Positions 15,015 to 26,472 of a stretch of DNA of 64,000 bases are shown here, piece after piece. A model generated the notes under the pieces. It was not told the DNA's origin. It did no database searches and saw only the letters and a list, made by a program, of their open reading frames with translations. The position numbers and the translations under genes were made by a program. How positions within the stretch are numbered: the first letter of the stretch is position 1; each line of letters starts with the position of its first letter. The DNA lies in NCBI GenBank assembly GCA_003344405.1, contig NOWV01000104.1:1-64000 (forward strand). Direction: 5' to 3'. This stretch comes from Trichoplax sp. H2. Its lineage: Eukaryota.

Positions 15015-15032
15015 ATCCCACCGCTGCCACCA
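15015..15032 (-). promoter_or_regulatory. Primer-binding site complementary to the 3' end of tRNA-Leu
   Basis: Minus strand TGGTGGCAGCGGTGGGAT is the complement of the ...ATCCCACCGCTGCCA-CCA 3' end typical of eukaryotic tRNA-Leu(AAG/TAG). It lies 1 nt after the LTR end. Confidence 0.88.
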
Positions 15033-15033
15033 G

Positions 15034-15591
15034 TGTCACAAAACAGCTTTCGTGATCGGGCCTAGTCTATTCTATCTACTCTATCCGATCACCGACTAAC
15101 TTCAGGCAATCCTCTATAAGGGAAACTAACTTATTCCAATAGTAAAGAGACTGAGTCAAACGATAGATCTAGGTTAATAACTTTATTAACTTCTAGCTAC
15201 ACTAAGGCCTTCTCCTTTACACTAGTCTCAGGAGAACTTAAATACCCTTTCTTATTTACAGTCACTATACTTGTCGCCAATAATATTAGTTACTCCAGTT
15301 AGCAAGTCTAATTATCACACACAACAACAGAGAACAATATTTATGTCCTATTTGTTAGACCATAATAATACACGATTAATAATCAGTAGCAATAATAATA
15401 TTAAGCGACCAACAATTATTGATTGCTAACTGCCTTAATACTGTAGTCTAATTATCACACACAACAACAGAGAACAATATTTACTTCAATTACATGACAG
15501 CTATTTTCTACTACTAGGTGCTAGTCAGCATGGTCATACACGATTGTAAACAATTATTAATCGTAAACACGGAGCTACTAGCTCCGTAACA
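15034..15591 (-). repeat. 5' LTR (~558 bp)
   Basis: TG...CA termini (TGTTAC/GTGACA), AATAAA at 15187-15182, internal ~39-bp direct repeat (15305-15343 / 15445-15483), hairpin ACGGAGCTA-C-TAGCTCCGT at 15569-15587, PBS immediately downstream. Confidence 0.85.
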
Positions 15592-17409
15592 ATGTTATAT
15601 AGTAATTTGTTAAATTAAACAACAGTTATATTCAAAGTTTTAATTCTAACTAGTAAAAATATTCAAGTAGTACTGGTTTCTCCTTATATTTATCATTAAA
15701 AGGAGCAGTAAATTAATGGAACTCCTAATTTCAGAGTACTTCATTGCAGTAAAACTGTTTTTCGAGCAGTAAGTTTTCTCTTTAATTCATTCAATGCATG
15801 AAAATAGTAATCCTACGACAAATTTGACGGCTACTTAATATTATAAATGAGTATTTTAGTACCGCTGTTATGCATAGTGAGCTTTAAGGCCAGGTTCAAT
15901 TAAAATGATTCATCATGTCTGATTCTAGTCATATATCAACTTAGTAACCTTCTGATACAACAAATTAAGCAGTATACAGTAAAGTATTAAATCTAAATAT
16001 CTAGCTTGCGCAGTACTAATTCATAATTAAGAAAAATGTTGCAGCTACAGCATAGCTGACAACGAATGCAAACTTGTTCAAAACAGGTTTGAGCTCTTTA
16101 CAGTTACCGCTCTCTCTGCATTCACTTATTTCGCCTGTAGTATCCTCATTGATATACAGATTTGCTTTATGTGTTTCTACTTATTTAGATTTACTTTTAA
16201 AATAGTTTAAATGTAGCAGATCAGATTTACTTACCAGTACTTTCGGTATAGGCCGACGTAGTTGCTGAAATTGCTGGCTTTCTAGTCACATTGGTGTTAT
16301 GGCAAGTATTATCTACAAAGCAATATTTAAAGCCTTTAATACTAGCCATTTCTTACTCTAAGTTATCGCTAGATAAATTGCACTATTATGCGTATAAATT
16401 GCTACTGCACAGTTTTTACTTTGCCGTAAATTCATATGTATTTGTAACCAAATTTCAAGATAAAGTTATGATATTACCGAAGGTGTAATTTTGAGCTTTA
16501 GAGCTTATAAATGAGATTTCACCGCTCGTAGCTAAAAGCGCTTTAAGAGTAATAGTATAAACCATGCTTTCATTCACATTATTGATCAATAAATGACCGG
16601 CCAACGGCTTAATTTTTACTTTGCGTACATATCCGTTACTCTGAAACTGATCAAGTATGTGCCAAGCAATATTTAATATTAAACTATAATTATTAGGATT
16701 ATTAATAACCCAAGACACTTCGAGCGTCGAACAGTTGAGTGACCGAAAAGACATGGCATTAATGTCTATATCAACATCTAAACCTATTAAAAGTTGAAAT
16801 TTTACTCACGTTAGATTTTCTAGAATTGTTGCTAAATGATAAGATGAACACATACGGAAAGTGTTAGCTTACTATTATTTTTGCAGACGTAGCTGCCATT
16901 TTCCTCTTTACAGCATATCCCGTTGACACATGAGGATAGACATTGGTATATCAGAGTCTCACAATATGCACCAGTATAGCATTGTCGACATAGACATTTA
17001 TATCCAAAACCGTCATTGTGATTTTTGCAAGTACCTCTATTGAAACACGAGCTAGAGTTACATTGTTCTACACAAGTCTGACATTGGATACCAGTATAAC
17101 CTGGTAAGCATTAGCATTTAAATCCTGATTTAGAATTTGCGCAGGTTGCATTATTATAGCAAGAATTATTAACGCAGAAGTTTAATTTAGAGCCACAATT
17201 TCGACCAGTATATCCTTGAAAGCATGAACACTTGTAACCTTCGACATAATCTTCGCATGTTCCATTTATGCAGGTGCTACTATTGCATTGGTAAATTTTA
17301 TTTTCACAGTAAATTCCACTAAATCCTGATAAACATGAACAATTATAACTGCCCATCCAGTCGTTGCAGGTTCCATTATTTTGACATGAATTGGTATTAC
17401 ATAGCACAA

Positions 17410-19009
17410 CAGCAGCTTCACAGTTTTCAGCAGTATATCCATCAGTACAATTACACTTGTAACTTCCTGATAAATTTATACACAGGCCGTTATTATTGCA
17501 AGTTTTAGAATTACATTCATTAATATCATGTTCACAGTTCGTTCCATTATAGCCAGTTCTGCAGATACATATATAATTGCCTATTCTATCAATACAAATC
17601 CCATTATGTTGGCATGGATCAGATTGGCATTCTGCAATATCAGTTTCACAGTTTTGACCAGTATATCCATCTGTACAGTTACATTGGCAATTGTTAGAGA
17701 AATTTATGAACAGACCGTTATTATAGCAAGTTTTAGAATTACATTCATTAACATCATATTCACAGTCCGTTCCATTATAACCAGAAGAGCAATTACATGT
17801 GTAACTACCTATTTTATCAATGCAAGTCCCATTATGCTGGCATGGGTTAGATTGACACTCGACAATATCAGTTTCACAGTTTTGACCAGTATATCCATCT
17901 GTACATTTACATTTATAACTTCCTAATAAATTTATACATAAGCCATTGTTACTGCAAGTTTCATAATTACACTCATCAATGTCATGTTCACAGTTCGTTC
18001 CGTTATAGCCGCTAGAACAGTTACATATGTAGCTGTTTATTCCATCAATACAAATTCCATTACGTCGACATGGATCAGAATGACATTCTCTAGTATCAGT
18101 TTCACAATTTTGACCAGTATATCCATCTGAACAATTACATTTGTAACTTCCTACTAAATTTATACATAAGCCATTGTTATTGCAAGTTACATAATTACAC
18201 TCATCAATGTCGTGTTCACAGTTTGTTCCGCTATAGCCACTTGTACAGTAACATATGTAACCGTTTATTCTATCAATGCAAGTTCCATCACGTCGGCATG
18301 GATTAGAATGACATTCTGCAATATTACTTTCACAATTTCGGCCAGTATACCCACCTGAACAGTCGCATACATAACTTCCCGATAAATTTATACATAAGCC
18401 GTTATTATTGCAAGTTTCATAATTACACTCATCAATGTCGTGTTCACAGTTTGTTCCGTTATAGCCACTAGTACAATTACATATGTAACTGTATATTCTA
18501 TCGATACAAGTTCCATTATGTCGGCATGGATTAGAATGACATTCTGCAATATTACTTTCACAATTTTGACCAGTATATCCATCTGTACAGTCGCATATAT
18601 AACCTCCCGATAAATTTATACATAAGCCGTTATTATTACAAGTTTCATAATTACACTCATCAATATCGTGTTCACAATTCGTTCCATTGAAACCACTAGT
18701 ACAGTTACATGTGTAACTGTTTATTCTATCGATACAAGTTCCATTATGTCGGCATGGATTAGAATGACATTCTGCAATATTACTTTCACAATTTTGACCA
18801 GTATATCCATCTGTACAGTCGCATATATAACCTCCCGATAAATTTATACATAAGCCGTTATTATTACAAATTTCATAATTACATTCATCAATATCGTGTT
18901 CACAATTCGTTCCATTGAAACCACTAGTACAGTTACATGTGTAACTGTTTATTCTATCGATACATGCTCCATTGTGTTGGCATAGATTAGATTGGCACTT
19001 AGAAATATC
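17410..19009 (-). repeat. Seven tandem 228-nt (two-EGF, 76-aa) coding repeats in the large exon of gene B
   Basis: Unit ~[76 protein letters not shown] occurs 7 times, and adjacent copies are nearly identical in DNA. Confidence 0.9.
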
Positions 19010-22000
19010 TGTATATAAACAAAAAAAGGCAAGCAGCATAGTATATTTAGTTTACTCACTCACTAAAATGGTATGAAAACTAATACATTGTTTCTTTCTT
19101 ACAGCAGTTTAACTATAATTAGTTATGTATGTAACAATGCTGCCCTAATTCCATTTATTTATACATTTAAATACCGTGATAGCCTCAGTAATCAATTTTC
19201 AATTTTTTAAATGAACATTTATATTTTGATACCTGATTACGTATTGCGTAATCAGTCAACTTAAATAGCAATTTCAAAATATAACATATTTAAATCACCA
19301 TTATCGCATCTCGTTCCCGTAAAACTGTGTAAGCAGGAGCAATTATATCCATTAGCGATATTGTAACAAGTACCATTTACACAAGGATTTGATTTGCATG
19401 CATCTATTTCTGCGAAAGTAATATTCGTAAGAGAAAGCCTTAGTTTAGAGTGGGCCTTTTATAAAACAATCGGCTAGAGCCTAATAAATGTAATATCTAA
19501 AACAGAAAAGTGGTGGTACTAGTTCTACATCAGGTTTTACGTATGGGTAGTTTAACTATCGTACGTATCTAGTTTACTTCGCGAGTGATCAACAATATAG
19601 TATTCTTGTTTGCAACTTTTATATCTGCACAACAAATAAAAGAATGCAAACCAACAACTTAAGCTGATATGAAGACTCATTCGTGTGAATACCGATGATA
19701 TGCCCGATAATTATAATTAGTTAATGAATTGGTAAACCTGTACAATATCCTCAAATCTCGGTGAATTATGAGGATGAAATAGATGAAAACATTTTCAAAA
19801 TCTAATAAATAAATCCTCGAACCTGTTTCACAAAGTTTACCAGTTCGTTGCGGAGGACACATACAATTGAAACTATACGTTCCATTAACGCAAGTTGTAT
19901 TAGAATGACATGGATTAGACAAACAAGGATTATTTCCTACAATACGCAGAATTAAATAAATTTATAATCAACTTCAAATCGCCTCAGTTTTAAGATATTC
20001 TATTATCTAATGATGTTGGTTTGAAGTAAGCGAAGTAGGGACAATGCAAGTAACGAAATTTATGGCGATGGCAGTCATCAATTTAATGGATATCATATCA
20101 ATAATATTATTTAGAAAGTCTTGTACGTATTTACTTTTTTCGCAACGGCTACCACTAAATACGTTAACACACGACACCAGAAAGTTTACGCGGAGGTTAG
20201 ATTTTTTCCGATATATCCCATTTATTGTTATGTTATGGTTAGTACCAGCATTGATAGAAAATAGGTGTAAAAAATCGTTCATCAGCCTATACGAGAAATT
20301 AGGCGATGTGCCGTCTTGATCCCAAACGGAAACATTTACACGCAAATTGCCCTTTAGAAAATTAAATACACGTTTAAAACTTCAATTAATGGAGCTAGCG
20401 TTGTTTCTTTTTCTATGTGGCCGAACTGTAATGTCGTTGCCAGCAAAGAAATTCATTCTATAGCTTATTAAGGAAAGTCACTCACTGCTTTAAATTAATT
20501 ACATGAACCACTTGGTCAGGTAGTAAGTAATAAAGGTGCTTATTCTTAGATATCCTAAAGAAGCCAGCACCCAATTATTATCGATAATGCTGTAAATCAT
20601 TTTCTTTAACATGCAAAATTGCAAGCATCAACTCTTCATGGATACTGACTATTCCCTTTGCCGGTAAGTAAAATATATTATACGTCGCAAAAACAGTTCA
20701 ATTAGTTTATTATGTTAAACTATTTCTAGTTTAACTAATTATATTGATCTACCAATACACCGTTTTTCTGCATCACAAATACATACTATCTACTCTTGAT
20801 CATCAATCATAAAAGATCATAGATTATAGTCTCAGTTTTACAGTAATTACTATACTTACCGACCACTCATCAATAAAAGGGATTACAATAGGATTTCTGA
20901 TTGTACCGGCATTATTGAGGGCTTCATTAGGCAGAAATTTATATGCTAAATAAGTATTACGAAGTATTTTTGAAGTAAAGCTCCAGTATCTGGTGAAATT
21001 AGACGGAGTTCCGAGGGAGAATCTGAGCTGTTTATCACAGATCTCAGAACTAGGATTAAAAGTGTTTTGTTTGTCACATTTTATACCCTCATGATCTTTT
21101 TGTCCATTAGTATCCAGCCAATATAACGTCATCGTAATAGTCCCACGCTGCACTGTGTCAGTTCTTCCAGTCTTTATTAAAAAAAATTCAATTTATTAAT
21201 AATTTCACATTTCCGACTACACTAGCTAATCTTAATGATTAAGAATGATTTAAAATTAGTTCAGCAGCATTTTATAGCAATAAGTCTTAAAATGGCAAAA
21301 AATCAAAGGATTTACATATGATGAAACGAAACTATTAGGGCCTATAACTGGCCTTGAGTTAGAAAAGTGAGATGTAATACTTGTTTGCGCAATCTATTAC
21401 ATCTAATAAATAAGTAAATGATTATATATTATATAGCACATTCGCTACATATTTTATACTTATAATTGAAATTTTATTGACTTAAGGATTAATTCATTAC
21501 TATATTGCATTTTGCTAGATTGAAATTTAATATTTCGTTTCGAATACATTTATTGCCTTATATGTTATAAGCTGAATTAAATGTTAATCTTAGCCTTTAA
21601 ATTGAATTTCAGGCTAGTTTAGAATTATTTCATCTACAATTTTAGCTGATAGTGTTATAGGAGGTATGGTTATGTTTAATTATTTTAATTAACAAAAATA
21701 GACCGAAAGATGCACCTCGTAATTACCCAGAAACTGGTTAGAAATGGGTAAACTCCTAATCATTCTATAACCTCTATAAATGCCTCAAGAACGGTGCAGA
21801 TCTGTTTGCATTATTCTCAGCTCAATTTATGAGTAGACACGTAACAAGATTTTCGAAACTATTAATTCATCAATATTACTTTTATGAAAATTAAAAGTGC
21901 ACAATTTCATTGTCATTTTTAATGTAAAAAATTCGGTCTTGTTAAATTCATATTTCAATAGATGGAATGTTGGTTGATAAATTAAAAATTTGCATTTACG

Positions 22001-23756
22001 AAAAATTTATCAGTTCCTATCAAAGCATTGTCTAAACTGATTTATACTTGTTGCTAAAATATCTAACGGCTAACTTATATTACTAATAGTAAATTTGAAT
22101 CAATCTAGTTTGACTTTAGCATACCTGTGATGTTGCAAGAAGGAAGTAAAGCATCAACATTCCTCGATAGAAGACAATTGCCATGCTTAACTTTAGCTAC
22201 AGACTATCATGTATTAACGTAAAAGATCAGCTTGTCAATTCTGCTCTACCAATCCTACTGTCCGAAATTTCTGATAAGTTATAGCTTGTAAAACTTCGGA
22301 ACGGCATTATTATTCGCTACGGAAGCGATGTAACATTCAAGGAAGTTAGCATAAGTAGGCTGCATAGTTTCTATTCCAATGTTTAACTAAGGATGACGTA
22401 ATGAGCCAAAAGCATTTACTTTCGAAAGCGGTAGGACATGAATGGCGATACGTAGTCTCTAGTTATAAAAATAAGTAATTACCTTGACTTATCTTGCTTT
22501 ATTAAATTGTCGCATGCGTATTTCTGTCGTGAGATGGTAGATGGAAGAGCTAACTATAAGATCATAGAATATCTATTTCCAAAATTTGGAGCTGATTTTT
22601 CGTCCTATTTCCGAGAATGAAATCAGCAAGATCCATAAATGATTAATTCTTATATAACATAGGTATGTACAAAGATTACGAACTATAATAGCATAGTTCC
22701 CGTAAATTATTTAAAGCAGTACGGTAGATGATTTCATCGCTCTAAAATATGTAAAATAGCTTTAATAACAACTACTTTCCTGCCTACTTATAATGGAAGA
22801 ACAGACAGTTGAAGCAAGCTGCTTTAATCTAAAGTAATTCATAAGTTCTTATCATCACAATTAATCAGAACTAGGACGATAACTTCTACTATAAAGGTAC
22901 CATCATTGTGTAGCCGTAGTAAGTCCTAATTACGTAATGGTTCCTTTAATTATTCATATTCAGCTACTTTAACAAATCTAATCCTAACATATTCTATGAG
23001 ATATGGCCATATTGTTCGTCTATATTATAAAATTCAATTCATTAACTTCCATGAGCTTATAAAGTAGACTCGACAGAAGAGATAGACAAAATCCTCAATT
23101 ATTCGTTAGCAATGTTTTACTGCAAGACGTAATATTACTTTCTGGCTCATAGTAAATGAATTATAAGTTCTGTTATGAATACAGTACTATTTGCTATAGA
23201 ATAAATTATCTGAATGAGCTCTATTCCCTAAATTAATACATAATTATAGTCTTTAATAAGCAAAAATTAATCAGTTAGGGCCTCTATAGAAAGAAACCTA
23301 CCCCAAAAAACAGTTAATTACTTAAGATATAATTCTCAGGAATTCTTCTACAGTAATTGAGACCTTTCAAACAAACTAAGTAATCTAGTTGAAAGTGCAG
23401 TTGGTAAATTAAGTTTTTAATAAATAGCAGTATAAATACAGAACTGATTAAAGTTGATTTTCGTTAGTTTCTACTTTAATTATTTTAAATAGTACGGTAA
23501 TCAATTACGACACATGAATTTGGGGATGAATTTTCATTTTATCGGTTCCGTCATAGGGGAAAAACAATGCAGTTATGTTTCAATTAGTTACTTCGATAAA
23601 TAAGTGCTTACGCCCAGAATTTTAGCATATGATTTACATAAAAGTCATATTTACACATTACGGCTAGATAAGACAGTAACGTTCATGAAATTGATCACTA
23701 GAAGCGACCAGTGGAATAATCAATTCTTCTAGTAATGGTAAAGCTACAGCGGTTTT

Positions 23757-23794
23757 GTCATTTTGCAAAGTGCCCGGGCAGTTTGCAAAATGAC
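23757..23794. repeat. 38-bp near-perfect palindrome
   Basis: GTCATTTTGCAAA-G-TGCCC|GGGCA-G-TTTGCAAAATGAC: 18 of 19 pairs, no loop. Confidence 0.85.
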
Positions 23795-26472
23795 CGACTT
23801 CGCATACGGTCACGTTCAGATATACATTAAATGAACTGATGTCGTTTTATTTGCGCACAAATTTCCAGTTATTACCGTATTCATATTAACTAGTCCACGA
23901 AGAGCCTACATTAATTTTATGTTTTAGTAAAGTACTGTAAGAGATTTCAAGGTTTGCCACTTATCTATGCGTTCAAAGGCAAATGTTGAAAGTAATTGAT
24001 AGAAATTAATAGAATATAAAGTTTAGAAGAAAGCAGTCTCAATTGGTCTTCTTCATCATTTCGTACTGCTAAATAGAGAACATAATATTGTTAATCATTA
24101 AATTAATATCTCAAGGTATTCATATAATTGTCAATAGAATGCATGTTATTAGTGAAATTATTTTCTGCATTTCCAAAGATAAACTAATTTGTAACCTACA
24201 GAATTTCATATTACCTGGTTAAAATATAAAATTATTGACTCTCATAAAATGAAATAAACAAAATATGCCAATGTATGATTATTGCATGGTCACCAGTTTT
24301 ATTCGTTACTTGTTGACACAGATGTAGCTTCATTTACCACCATACTAAGTGATTCCATTCTTAATCAAGTCAGATATGTTTCTCTGAAAAGAATAACTCT
24401 CTATCTCTCGTGGAAAATCGTACAATTATTGGTGGCTGTTAATAATAGCTATTATTGTTTAATTCTAAGAAAAGTCAGCATTTAAGTAATTACTTTATTC
24501 TTTATGGCGATTGCAACAAGTTTTTCGTTATACACGTAAAGTAAAAGAAATGATCTATGAAATCAAGCGTAAATATCCCTTATTAATTAAAAGTCAAATG
24601 AGTTTACTTCGACAATTCATAGTGATGAAAGTCTGGATTCACTAAAGCATAAACGACTACCATTATGCATGCCCATAAGGATAGAATTAATAAGCTAACG
24701 AACTGTATTAGTACAAGATTTCTTATGAATGTTAGAGACTTTATTATTGACCAGAATTGTTGCAATTTTCAATTTTCTATTACTTACTACTGGATTTATT
24801 ATTTAAAATCTAAAAAATTGCCTTATATGTGATTATTTCAGTCTATGATGAACAAAGTTTGCAGTGATATTAACCTTTTCTGAATGAATACTATTAAAGC
24901 GCTGAAGTACATAGTAACAAATAATATTAAAGGAAAATGACTTTCTGTAAGCGTTAAATGGATTACAGCATAAAGCTGCTTAAAAGTATGATGACATAGA
25001 CACTAATATCATAAACAATACGATCAACATTTATCTGCTTTCAAACCTCGACCAGCTATTTCGTAAAAGCTAGGGCTTACAACCTTAATTTATAAAATTA
25101 GAGCTGTCTGAATACTTTTACATTATATATGGCTACCTGTAACTACAATATGAACAATCAGAATTTATAACTTGCATGAAATATAATTTACATCATGCTG
25201 CAATAATGTTTTATGTTCTTTTAATAAACTGTAATCATGCTCAATTGCGATTGTTAACAATACGGATAAATTACTTAATGTACACAGTTATAATAGACCA
25301 TCACTCCTGTCAATTCAATTTACACCTAACGAATTTCGTCTCTGAGTGCTATACAATTTCCTAAACATTATCAAATCAAATTTTCACCTGGGCTTGGAAG
25401 ATTAAGGCTCCTTCTTTACGACTAATTTCATTGCAGCCTATTGCTTTCTGCTATTTATACATGAGATGTGACTGAAATTGCACGAACATCTTATGGAATA
25501 AAATGAAAACATTTTACTTATAGTATTTAAAAAGGAGATCATGTTTAATATTAATAGCAGAAAATCAGGCCTGTAGCTCTTTTTCACTTTTTCCTATACC
25601 ATACTATAGCTTAGCGAGCACTTTTAGGATATTATAAATTTATCCATGTAATTTAGTTAATTAAAGCTTTGTACGATGCATGACGAGTTAAGCCCAGTAA
25701 AAGGCATATCTTAGGTTTACACTTTACACTAATCTTTTATTCTGCCTGTAATAGTTTGTATTTTTACTACAAAATAAAGGGTTAATAGAAATCGACAAGT
25801 ATCATCCATAGCTGATAATAAGCAAGCCAAGGTAACAATTATAATTTAAGCTTATGTGGAGTTTTGACAACACAAGCGTTCTTAGTTAAAGAAAATAATT
25901 CGATAGATTAGTTTTCATTTAAATAAGATACTGTCTAACTAAGCGCGACATTAGGCTTTCACAACCCTACGTGATTATTCAATGTACTTTTCTAATTAGC
26001 GTTGTCTTCTGTAGAATTTAACGCTATATAATACATAAATTGTTCTTCAATTCTTCAAAAGGCTGTGACACATAATTTTAGTATGAACAAGTTATACTAT
26101 CTGTCGTATACTAGTAACGTCCAGATGTTAATAAAGGTATAAGATTGGAAGGAAATCACATTCTTATTGACATTAGTTATTGTTAAAATTTAAGATTTAA
26201 AAACCTTTAGGGCAGTAGATATAATAATAATGAGCAAATGTAAACGAAAATCTAATGTTAATTAATAACAAAATATCCTTTCATAGAGTCTTATCTTATT
26301 CTAGCAAGAAGCGTAGATGGCACTTTGCTTTCCTCGCTCATAATTTTTTAACGTCGTTACAAATTGGCCCCCATTCGAAGGTTTACTTTGCAAACTATTC
26401 TACTTTAGATTCCAAGCTAGAAATAGTTAAAAGCGAATTAATCCTGTAATTTACACTACGGTGTTAAATATA

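Larger units (their letters stand above)
14583..15591 (-). mobile_element. Internally deleted (non-autonomous, TRIM-like) LTR retrotransposon, probably Gypsy-like, in an intron of gene B
   Basis: Minus strand: LTR TGTTACGG...TGTGACA (15591-15034), 1-nt spacer, tRNA-Leu PBS, short leader, start of a gag-like ORF, then a jump into a second LTR copy (14727-14583, identical to 15327-15183) that runs into the gap. Confidence 0.85.
10982..22184 (-). pseudogene. Gene B: Notch-ligand-like paralog (SP-MNNL-~21 EGF-FN3-FN3-TM-cytoplasmic tail) with in-frame TAA at 17113-17111; pseudogene allele or truncated secreted form
   Basis: Signal exon 22184-22125 (MAIVFYRGMLMLYFLLATSQ). MNNL exons 21171-20860 and 20351-~20134. 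EGF exons ~19938-19823 and ~19410-19299. Large EGF exon ~19009-16873 reads ...GFKC*CLPGYTGIQC.... FN3-like exons ~16783-16478 and ~13416-13112. TM exon ~12902-12784 (VLAIVGAAVLATFIILVLAAVLIYKRRKK). Several small tail exons to ~10982 (3' end approximate). Confidence 0.75.

Noticed and set aside
15010-15032. tRNA-Leu gene
   Set aside because: Only the 3' ~22 nt including CCA match, with no cloverleaf. Its position next to the LTR identifies it as a PBS.
17528-17926. Antisense and alternate-frame ORFs over EGF exons and over the recombinase (also 31060-31405, 54551-54880)
   Set aside because: Shadows of the real coding frames.
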